Of a stretch of 64,000 bases of DNA, positions 17,579 to 25,708 are shown piece by piece. The translations under genes were made by a program, and so were the position numbers. The first letter of the stretch is position 1. The number at the start of each line of letters is the position of its first letter. The DNA lies in assembly GCA_047614505.1 (NCBI GenBank), contig JBLHGQ010000002.1, forward strand, positions 9,818 to 73,817, written 5' to 3'. The stretch is from Rhodothermales bacterium (lineage in GTDB: Bacteria > Pseudomonadota > Gammaproteobacteria > Xanthomonadales > SZUA-36). Under the pieces are notes generated by a model. The model did not search any database and was not told the DNA's origin. It was given only the letters and a program-made list of their open reading frames with translations.

Positions 17579-20500
17579 GCCAATTCCGTCTTTGTGTACA
17601 GGATCATATTCCGCTCTTCATTCATGCGTAACAAGCTCGGTAACAGTACCAGTGTAAACAGGGTACTCACCAGCATTCCACCAACTATAACCGTTGCCAT
17701 ACCGCGATAAAGTTCAGAACCGGAACCGGGAATCAGCATTAATGGCAACATACCAAAAATACTGGTCATTGTGCTCATCAATATGGGCCGTAGCCGCAAC
17801 CTGACTGCACTTTCGACCGCATCACGCCGACTCATTCCTTCCCGCTCCGCATCGCGGGCCCGGTAAACAAGCAAGATTGCGTTATTTACAACCAGACCCA
17901 GCAGAATGACAAAACCAATCATGGTCAGTAAATCCATTTGCTGGCCCCCGCTGCTCATTAATGCCAAATCCATTAAGCGTAAGGAAATGATGCCCCCAAC
18001 AGTCGCCATCGGAATGGTCATGATGACCAGCAGGGAATCTTTGAATGAACGGAATAAGGCCGAAATCAACAAATACAGAATGACAATTGCCAGAGCAAAA
18101 CTGCTGCCCATGCTTGTCAGGGCATCATCCAGTGCCTCAGCCGTTCCGCGAAGCTTTATCGAGCCGTCGGGGGGCAGATTTTCATAGATTGTCGGCAGGA
18201 TCTGCTCACGGACAACCTGCAAGGCTTCTTCAATAGCCAGTTCTGATGGGGGTGTGATTTGAAGCGTCAATGTGCGCCTTCGGTCAACGCGCCGAATTTC
18301 AGTGGGCCCGGCCGTTCTTTTAAAATGCACCAACTCCCCGATTGTCTGGATCTCTCCGCTGGCAGTTGCTACCGGCACACCGGCCAGTTCTTCCGGTGTG
18401 AACCATTGTTCAGCGCGCATGATGACATTATAGCGTCGGTTGCCGTCGAAATATTCACCGAGGAAAGCACCATCGCCCATGGCCCGCACTATGGTCGCCA
18501 TACGTGAACGATTCCAACCCACCTCTGCAATCCTGCGATCATCCGGCACCATTCGTAGTTCAGGCTCCGCCTGTTCCAGCCCGGGTAAGGGGCGGACGTT
18601 CGCACCCGGCATGACTTCCATGACCTTATAAAACCCTGCTTGCCCTGCAGCCAATAAAGAATCAAAAGATTCCGCCTGCATATCCAGATTGATCTGGCGC
18701 CCTCCGCGATGCCCCCCAAACAGGGGCTCCCGACTGGCAAAACCCATGGTGTCGGGGAAGCCAACCAGGACTTCGCTGTTGAAAATATCAATCATCTGAT
18801 CAACATCATCCGGATCTTTTGCCTTACCACCAAAAAATGTTCCAAACCCCGGCGATGAGCCCATGTAGTAGTTGTCCAGCTGTACCGGATGTTCGCCGTT
18901 GATGTGTTTTTTCAGGCGCTCGTCAATCACATTCATGATTTCGCGTTTTCCTGTTTCAACGCCAAGTCCGGGTGGTGCGATCATAAATCCGGCAATCCAG
19001 TTTTGTTTGCCTTCCGGCAAATAGTCAGCCGCGGGTTTCAGCGCAATCACCAGCAAAAGGGGTGTAATGGTCAGAACCCCGACCCAGGTCCAGCGTTTTC
19101 GAGCCGTATTTGTCCAACTCATGATGTGGTCAGTTGCCCAACGCCACCAGCTGCGATGCAGGTCTTCTATGGCCTCTTCCTTTATCCAGTTGGCAGCTGC
19201 TGAGGGCAAAACTGTCACCGCCACTACCAGGGACGCAGCGACGGCTGCCGAAATGGTAATCGCCAAATCGGCAAATAACTGGCCTGCTTCATCCTGCAGA
19301 AAAACCACCGGCATAAAGATTGCGATTGTCGTTGCTGTAGAGGCAAGCAGAGCGCCCCAGACCTGAGATGTTCCTTTTTCCGAGGCTTCGTCACCGCTTA
19401 ACCCTGCCTCGCGTTGCCTGAAGATGTTTTCAAGTACAACAATGGCGGCATCAAGCACCATGCCAGTGGCAAAGGCCAGGCCGGCCAGTGAAATAATATT
19501 TAATGTTCGACCGGCGATACTCATCACCACGAACGCCGCAAAAAGGCACAAAGGAATGGCGGCAGCAACTATTAAGGTGGCGCGGAATTTGCGCAGGAAC
19601 CACCACAGGACCACGACTGCCAACATCATGCCCAGTAACAGGTTGTTGCGCACCATGCTGATAGAAGAAAGCACGTAGTCCGATTCGTCATAATTCTGCA
19701 CAATGTTCAGGCCGGCGCGCGCCAGTTCGTTGGCATTCAGATCTTCAACTTCCAACCGCACCCGTTCCATAACATCCAGCACGTTAACGCCGGATTCGGG
19801 TGTAACAGGCATGGCCATGGAAGGTCCACCGTTTTGGTGCAGGATGGTTCGGGGATCGACCATCGCTTTTTCAATTCTGGCGATATCACTAAGGCGAATT
19901 GGCTTGCCATCCCGCCATTCAAGCACCAGATCACCAAGTGACTCTATTTCATACTTTCCACTGAATCGAATCGTGTATTGACGTCTTCCGACTTCCTGAT
20001 TGCCGCCCGAAACATCGGCGTTTGCGCCAAGTTCCTGCCCTATGGTGGTCAAATCCAGGCCAATGTTGGCTGCCTTGTATGGATCAAAGGTAATTCGAAT
20101 TTCATGGCTTCGGCCGCCGAAAACATTGACTCGGGACACGCCCGGAACCCGTTCAATGCGGGTCACTACATTCTCGTCTACGAAATCCTGGTAAGACTCG
20201 ATTGGCCTCGGGTTGCCTTCAACCGTCTGAATCGCAAACCATGCAGCAATTTTATCGAAAGAGCTACCACCCACGCTGATGATCGGCTCAAGAGCATCCA
20301 CTGGATATCTTGGAACCTGGTTTAGCCTGTTCATTACCTCAATAAGGCTGCGGTTCATATCAGTGCCAACGGCAAACTCTAGATTGACTGAGCCACTACC
20401 GTAGCTCGCCGAAGACTCCATACGCAGTACGCTGGGGGTACTGCGCAATACGTTTTCTTGCAATTCAATAATTTCAGATTCAATTTCGGATGGCGCAGAA

Positions 20501-20658
20501 GCCCGCCATAAAGTCCGAATCGAAATCTGTGGACGCTCAATCTCAGGTGTCATCTGAATTGGCAATCGCAGCAGGCTCATCACGCCAAAAATACCCAGTA
20601 GAATGCAGCCAACAATAACTGCCACAGGGTTAGAAAGAGAAAGTCGGGTTAAAGTCAC
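17575..20658 (-). CDS. RND efflux transporter permease (AcrB/AcrD/AcrF family)
   Basis: 1027 aa with 12-TM RND architecture and two large periplasmic loops. The N-terminus NPVAVIVGCILLGIFGVMSLLRLPIQMTPEIERPQISI is typical. Confidence 0.92.
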   Translation of the reverse strand: MTLTRLSLSNPVAVIVGCILLGIFGVMSLLRLPIQMTPEIERPQISIRTLWRASAPSEIESEIIELQENVLRSTPSVLRMESSASYGSGSVNLEFAVGTDMNRSLIEVMNRLNQVPRYPVDALEPIISVGGSSFDKIAAWFAIQTVEGNPRPIESYQDFVDENVVTRIERVPGVSRVNVFGGRSHEIRITFDPYKAANIGLDLTTIGQELGANADVSGGNQEVGRRQYTIRFSGKYEIESLGDLVLEWRDGKPIRLSDIARIEKAMVDPRTILHQNGGPSMAMPVTPESGVNVLDVMERVRLEVEDLNANELARAGLNIVQNYDESDYVLSSISMVRNNLLLGMMLAVVVLWWFLRKFRATLIVAAAIPLCLFAAFVVMSIAGRTLNIISLAGLAFATGMVLDAAIVVLENIFRQREAGLSGDEASEKGTSQVWGALLASTATTIAIFMPVVFLQDEAGQLFADLAITISAAVAASLVVAVTVLPSAAANWIKEEAIEDLHRSWWRWATDHIMSWTNTARKRWTWVGVLTITPLLLVIALKPAADYLPEGKQNWIAGFMIAPPGLGVETGKREIMNVIDERLKKHINGEHPVQLDNYYMGSSPGFGTFFGGKAKDPDDVDQMIDIFNSEVLVGFPDTMGFASREPLFGGHRGGRQINLDMQAESFDSLLAAGQAGFYKVMEVMPGANVRPLPGLEQAEPELRMVPDDRRIAEVGWNRSRMATIVRAMGDGAFLGEYFDGNRRYNVIMRAEQWFTPEELAGVPVATASGEIQTIGELVHFKRTAGPTEIRRVDRRRTLTLQITPPSELAIEEALQVVREQILPTIYENLPPDGSIKLRGTAEALDDALTSMGSSFALAIVILYLLISALFRSFKDSLLVIMTIPMATVGGIISLRLMDLALMSSGGQQMDLLTMIGFVILLGLVVNNAILLVYRARDAEREGMSRRDAVESAVRLRLRPILMSTMTSIFGMLPLMLIPGSGSELYRGMATVIVGGMLVSTLFTLVLLPSLLRMNEERNMILYTKTELA

Positions 20659-20794
20659 TTATTAATACCTGTCATTGGTTCAGGCCACATAGTCCATAAG
20701 GGAAAGGACCTGAAGGTCTTTTGTCTACTTCCAGCAAACTATTATGCACCTACACGGAAGGTAGAAACCTCCCGAAATGTTATTAAACATAATT

Positions 20795-22723
20795 TTATGC
20801 CCGATTGGCAGGAATTATAGGCAAAGGGACATGAATTAGGGCACAAACCGCCCTTAACAGTTCCATCTCTTCTGTTACCAATTTACCATCCGCTGTCACA
20901 GTTTCAATCAAAGCACGGACGAGTATTTCTTTATCTCCAATACGTAAACCATTCAGTTTTGCCAGCGCTTCATCAAGAGATTCTATCCAATCCCCGGTTG
21001 CGGGCATTTCAATTGCCTTCATTGCCTTCAAGTGAGAAAGGCCTTTGTCATAAGCCTGCTGCGCCTGTCCGTCAGACTGGTGCCCATGACGGGCCAGTAT
21101 GGCAATTACCATGGACGCCTCGGACCCGAGTGAGGCAAGCTTCTTACGTCCAGAATTTTTCACCGTCTGAGGGTTCACTGCCTCCCAAAGGTATTGTGAA
21201 ACCACGCGGGCCAGAAGGTATTCAAAGACATCAACCCGGCCATCTGCATGAATGAGTTCGTTAACCGTTTCTAATATTTTATGTACAACCTCAGGTGGAT
21301 GTCGCTTTAAAGAAGGCAGAGCAACTTCCATAAGCGGCAACCTTTGTTCAGGCGCAAGCCGTTCCGCGGCACCCACAAGACCTCGCACCCGCACATCACT
21401 ATCACTACCCATGCGCTGTGCAATGATCAGCAGTTGTTGCTCCCTGATTTCGGGATGACTATCCAGCAGCGTGTAAAACAAGACTTCAGGTGCCCAGTCT
21501 GCAGAATGAGCAGCCGTTTTTACAGCCTCGGGAATTGATGCTGCGACAGCTGCTGCTATTGAAAGCCGTTCCCATTGAGGGTTGCCTATCTGCTCCATAA
21601 ACAGGCCCGCGTCAAATATCATTCCGCCGCCACCACTGCCGGATTTTTCCTCTTGGGCCGCAAGGGAAGCTTGTCGTTTCACTTCGCGGCTTTCTTCGCG
21701 TCGGATTTTCTTGGAAATAGCCAGCAATTCTTCTTCCCGAAAAGACGGGTCTATACGTTGAATTCTCTGCACTAGCGGCGGATGAGTAGCAAATAAATTC
21801 ATTTTTTGGCCGGAACCAAACAACATATGTCCAACTTCTTCCGAATCGACGTTCAAATACGAGGCGTCACCATAAATGGCAATCTTCTTCAGGGCGCCGG
21901 AAATTCCGTCTGGATCACGTGTGAACTGCACTGCCGAAGCATCTGCCAGGTATTCGCGTTGCCGGGAAACTGCAGATTTAATCCAACGCCCGAAAAACAG
22001 GCCAATGTAACCGACCAGTGTGAGCGCAATTGCGATGATGATGATCGGAGCACCATTATTATCGCGGGAACGACCCATGAATCGGGCGCTGTACAAAACA
22101 CGCCGGCCAATAAGGGCCAACATCAGGATGCCAAAAAGCGCACCCATTAAGCGGATATTCAAACGCATGTCGCCGTTAAAAACATGACTGAATTCGTGCG
22201 CAATTACTCCCTGTAATTCACTTCGGCTCAGCTTTTCCATGGCACCACGGGTAACCGCTACTGCAGCGTCTGATGATGTGAAACCGGCCGCGAAGGCATT
22301 GATGCCTGATTCCTGTTCCAGCACATAAATTTCCGGAACCGGCACTCCGGAAGCCAGTGCAATTTCCTCAACAACATTGCGCAAACGGCGCCTTAGGGGA
22401 TCCCGAACATCTGCATCTACCAGAGTGCCGCCGAGATCCCGGGCCACCTTACCGCCGCCGCCCCGTAAGGAAGCTGTCTTGAACAGGCTGGCAAGACCAA
22501 TCACCGAACCGGACGCGACAGCTCCTGTCGTTAATAACGGCAAGTTTGATGTCAATCCATGAATAGAAAGTACAGAAACTTCCTGGTCCAGGTTGGCAAG
22601 ACCAAATGCCAACAACAAAGCGAAGTCAACGGCCACAATGATGGCAATTACCGCGAAAATAAAAAGGACCACTAACCAGCGCGTCTGGCGCCGGGCGTGG
22701 TCCTGATTTTCGAAAAAATTCAC
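20795..22723 (-). CDS. M48-family (HtpX-like) zinc metallopeptidase with a long C-terminal extension
   Basis: HEFSHVFNGD (HExxH) lies between TM helices, followed by the downstream REYLADASAVQFT. A C-terminal region of about 300 aa has two ADG(R/K)(V/L)...E..LL segments that look TerB-like. Confidence 0.8.
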   Translation of the reverse strand: MNFFENQDHARRQTRWLVVLFIFAVIAIIVAVDFALLLAFGLANLDQEVSVLSIHGLTSNLPLLTTGAVASGSVIGLASLFKTASLRGGGGKVARDLGGTLVDADVRDPLRRRLRNVVEEIALASGVPVPEIYVLEQESGINAFAAGFTSSDAAVAVTRGAMEKLSRSELQGVIAHEFSHVFNGDMRLNIRLMGALFGILMLALIGRRVLYSARFMGRSRDNNGAPIIIIAIALTLVGYIGLFFGRWIKSAVSRQREYLADASAVQFTRDPDGISGALKKIAIYGDASYLNVDSEEVGHMLFGSGQKMNLFATHPPLVQRIQRIDPSFREEELLAISKKIRREESREVKRQASLAAQEEKSGSGGGGMIFDAGLFMEQIGNPQWERLSIAAAVAASIPEAVKTAAHSADWAPEVLFYTLLDSHPEIREQQLLIIAQRMGSDSDVRVRGLVGAAERLAPEQRLPLMEVALPSLKRHPPEVVHKILETVNELIHADGRVDVFEYLLARVVSQYLWEAVNPQTVKNSGRKKLASLGSEASMVIAILARHGHQSDGQAQQAYDKGLSHLKAMKAIEMPATGDWIESLDEALAKLNGLRIGDKEILVRALIETVTADGKLVTEEMELLRAVCALIHVPLPIIPANRA

Positions 22724-22794
22724 TCTCTTATTCTGGACAATGGCATCCCACTAACTGCGCGGAGCCTTGAACCAGGCAATGACTTGGAAAAAAA

Positions 22795-23388
22795 TCAGAA
22801 TGAAACCGCTGGCGCCTTACGCGCTGCTTCATCTTCGATTTCCAGCAATTCGGCTGCCTGAAAACTGAACCACGCTGAAAAGAAGTTGTTCGGAAAAGAT
22901 TCGCGTAGTGTGTTGTACGTCATGACAGAGTCGTTATAAGCCTGTCGTGCGAATGCAACCTTGTTCTCAGTGGTAGTCAATTCCTCAGAAAGCTGCATCA
23001 TGTTTTCATTTGCTTTCAAGTCGGGATATGCCTCCGATAAAGCGAATAACCTGCCAAGTGCACCTGATAAACCTTGCTCAGCCTGAGCCAGGTTTTTCAT
23101 TGCATCAGGATTTGAAGGATCCGCAGAGGCTGCTTTCAGACCGGAAACGGCAGTATTACGGGCATTGATTACCGCCTCGAGCGTTTCCCGCTCGTGTGAC
23201 ATATAACCCTTGGCTGTCTCGACCAGATTAGGAATTAAATCATGACGGCGAGTCAGTTGAACATCAATTTGTGCAAATGAATTCTTAAAACGGTTCCGGG
23301 CCGCCACAAGACGATTGTAAATAGAAATCGCAAACAGCACCGCACCAACAATGAGAGCAAGAAAACCCCAACCCATAACAACCTCCAA
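22795..23388 (-). CDS. LemA-family membrane protein
   Basis: N-terminal TM helix, then IYNRLVAARNRFKNSFAQIDVQLTRRHDLIPNLVETAKGY and PDLKANENMMQLSEEL, typical of LemA. The start is 23388 or 23376. Confidence 0.85.
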   Translation of the reverse strand: MEVVMGWGFLALIVGAVLFAISIYNRLVAARNRFKNSFAQIDVQLTRRHDLIPNLVETAKGYMSHERETLEAVINARNTAVSGLKAASADPSNPDAMKNLAQAEQGLSGALGRLFALSEAYPDLKANENMMQLSEELTTTENKVAFARQAYNDSVMTYNTLRESFPNNFFSAWFSFQAAELLEIEDEAARKAPAVSF

Positions 23389-23472
23389 CGCATGCCAACA
23401 ATAATGTTATTAGTCTAGCAAATGGTGGCAAACCGGATACGTGCCTCAAGTAATACCAGCTAAACTATGAAC

Positions 23473-23637
23473 TAGGGAACCTCTGATCTAATCATGAACT
23501 CGTATCTTGTATCCCAAATGTCCAGTTTCTGCGTTGCAAATCTTCGCAATAGCCAGCTATTACGTGCGATTCGCGCCTTGAACCTGAACATTTTGAATTG
23601 CAATCTACTTCGCCCAGAATAAATCAGAGGTTCCCTA
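23473..23637 (-). repeat. MITE-like element copy A (165 nt including flanking TA/TA; 13-nt terminal inverted repeats)
   Basis: TA-GGGAACCTCTGAT...ATCAGAGGTTCCC-TA. It is the reverse complement of 62463..62628 with 16 substitutions plus one indel (hand alignment). No internal ORF. Confidence 0.8.
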
Positions 23638-25314
23638 GCCTCGATTTACCTTCGCCCAGGAATCTCTCAGACTCACTGTCCTGTTAAGCACCGGTTTTCC
23701 CTCACCACCTGAAGTCTCATCGTGTGTGAAATAACCCGTGCGTTCCAACTGAAAGAAATCACCGGAACTTCCAGCCGCTATCGAAGGTTCGATTATGGCA
23801 TCGCTTATCACCTTGAGCGAATCGGGGTTGAAGAAATCAAGAAAATCCCGCTCCTTGTCCGCCAATGGATTGGGCACGGTAAACAGGCGGTCATAAAGCC
23901 GAATCTCTGCCTTAACACCTCGATTTGCACAAACCCAGTGAATAGTTCCTTTCACTTTTCGTGAAGCACCTGGCAGGCCACTTCTGGATTCAGGGTCAAA
24001 ACTACAGATCAATTCTACTACTTTTCCATCACCGTTTTTGACTACTTCATCACAACGGATAATAAAAGCATTCCGCAGGCGAACTTCTCCGTCAGGCCTC
24101 AAACGAAAAAACTTACGCGGTGGCTCTTCCATAAAATCTGTTCGTTCCACCCATAACTCACGACTCAGTGGAATTTTCCGTGTCCCCATTTCCGGATTCT
24201 GTGGATGAATAGCGGCTTCAAGCCATTCTGATTCACCTGCGGGGTAATTACTCAGCGTAACTTTGAGTGGATCAAGAATCCCCATGCCTCGTGGTGCACG
24301 TTCGTTAAGATCATTGCGGACCGAGTTTTCCAGCACACCCATTTCGATAATACTTTCAGATTTTGAAATACCCAGGTCCTGCCAAAACTTCCGGATCGAT
24401 TCGGGCGTATAACCCCGCCGGCGCAAACCGGCGATTGTAGGCATTCGTGGATCGTCCCATCCGGACACATGACCTTCTTCAACCAGCTGTAATAATTTGC
24501 GCTTGCTCATCACTGTGTAGTCGAGATTCCCGCGGGCGAATTCGATTTGGCGCGGATTACCAGGAGACGGAATATGTTCCAGAAACCATTCATAAAGTGG
24601 CCGGTGATCTTCAAATTCAAGCGTACACAAAGAATGGGTAATCCCCTCAATGGCATCCGAGATTCCATGCGCCCAGTCGTACATGGGATAGATATGCCAT
24701 TCATCGCCAGTCTTGTGATGCGGGACATTTCGAATTCTGTAGATGACGGGATCGCGCATATTGATATTGGGTGAGGACATATCAATTTTGGCGCGTAACA
24801 CATGCTGGCCATCTTCGAATTCCCCAGCCTTCATTTTCTGGAAAAGATCCAGATTCTCATCAACGCTACGGTCACGATATGGGCTGTTCATACCTGCCTC
24901 AGTCAGTGTTCCCCGCCCGGCACTCATCGCCTCGGCAGTCTGGCTGTCCACAAAAGCATTGCCGTCACGAATCAGGTGCAGGGCGAACTCGAACAGTTGC
25001 GGGAAATAGTCCGATGCGTTACGCAATTCCTGCCATTGGAATCCCAGCCAATTCACGTCATTCATAATAGCCTGTGCGTAATCCTCACTTTCTTTCAGAG
25101 GATTGGTGTCATCAAAGCGCAGGTAAGTCTTGCCCTTGAATTCTTCAGCCAGACCGAAATTCAGGCATATGGATTTTGCATGGCCAATGTGAAGGTGTCC
25201 ATTTGGCTCTGGAGGGAAACGCGTTACGATCTTTTCATGTTTACCGGAATCCAGATCCTGGATCACGATATTTCTAATGAAATTTGTAGTCTTTACGGGC
25301 TCGTCATTACTCAC
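23635..25314 (-). CDS. glnS: Glutamine--tRNA ligase
   Basis: 559 aa. HIGH motif (NGHLHIGHAKS), KMSKS motif (VMSKRK) and the GlnRS C-terminal anticodon-binding beta-barrels. Confidence 0.95.
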   Translation of the reverse strand: MSNDEPVKTTNFIRNIVIQDLDSGKHEKIVTRFPPEPNGHLHIGHAKSICLNFGLAEEFKGKTYLRFDDTNPLKESEDYAQAIMNDVNWLGFQWQELRNASDYFPQLFEFALHLIRDGNAFVDSQTAEAMSAGRGTLTEAGMNSPYRDRSVDENLDLFQKMKAGEFEDGQHVLRAKIDMSSPNINMRDPVIYRIRNVPHHKTGDEWHIYPMYDWAHGISDAIEGITHSLCTLEFEDHRPLYEWFLEHIPSPGNPRQIEFARGNLDYTVMSKRKLLQLVEEGHVSGWDDPRMPTIAGLRRRGYTPESIRKFWQDLGISKSESIIEMGVLENSVRNDLNERAPRGMGILDPLKVTLSNYPAGESEWLEAAIHPQNPEMGTRKIPLSRELWVERTDFMEEPPRKFFRLRPDGEVRLRNAFIIRCDEVVKNGDGKVVELICSFDPESRSGLPGASRKVKGTIHWVCANRGVKAEIRLYDRLFTVPNPLADKERDFLDFFNPDSLKVISDAIIEPSIAAGSSGDFFQLERTGYFTHDETSGGEGKPVLNRTVSLRDSWAKVNRG

Positions 25315-25404
25315 GGTCTTTGCCTTTGTCTGTGTCGATACGCCAAGTATCGCAAGCGGCTAATTCTAGCTTATTGAACAAAGGTAGGCGTTAGCAATCA
25401 GTCA

Positions 25405-25420
25405 AGGGACCTCTGATAAT
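25405..25420 (-). repeat. Solo terminus of the MITE-like element (degenerate)
   Basis: AGGGACCTCTGATAAT compared with the element end AGGGAACCTCTGATCTAAT (1-nt deletion). It lies 90 nt upstream of the glnS start. Confidence 0.35.
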
Positions 25421-25518
25421 GACCTGTCCGATCCAGTTCACAGGAAATTGCCTTGCAATGACAATGACAATGACCATAGAGGGTATACACAGTATTCATT
25501 TAACAAATTTTCCGCAGT

Positions 25519-25549
25519 AAAAAAACCCCGGTAATGATACCGGGGTTTT
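25519..25549 (-). terminator. Rho-independent terminator downstream of mnmG
   Basis: Stem CCCCGGTA / TACCGGGG (25526..25533 and 25538..25545), loop of 4 nt. On the minus strand it is followed by 7 U (A-run 25519..25525). Confidence 0.8.
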
Positions 25550-25708
25550 AAGTTGTGCATCGCTAAGGCAATAGAAGTGTGGGGACTGCCTGTACAAATG
25601 TGCGATGCACTAGGCACAGTCATCTTGCAACCATATGATAGCCATGGCGGGTTAAAAAAAGGTAAATCTAATGTTCGGAATTCGTGATATTTAAAAATAG
25701 TTCAATTT

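Noticed and set aside
25315-25708. Replication origin next to mnmG/gidA (also checked 27599..27657)
   Set aside because: I found no TTATCCACA-type DnaA boxes or AT-rich 13-mer clusters in either flanking spacer, and rsmG, dnaA and mioC are not adjacent.
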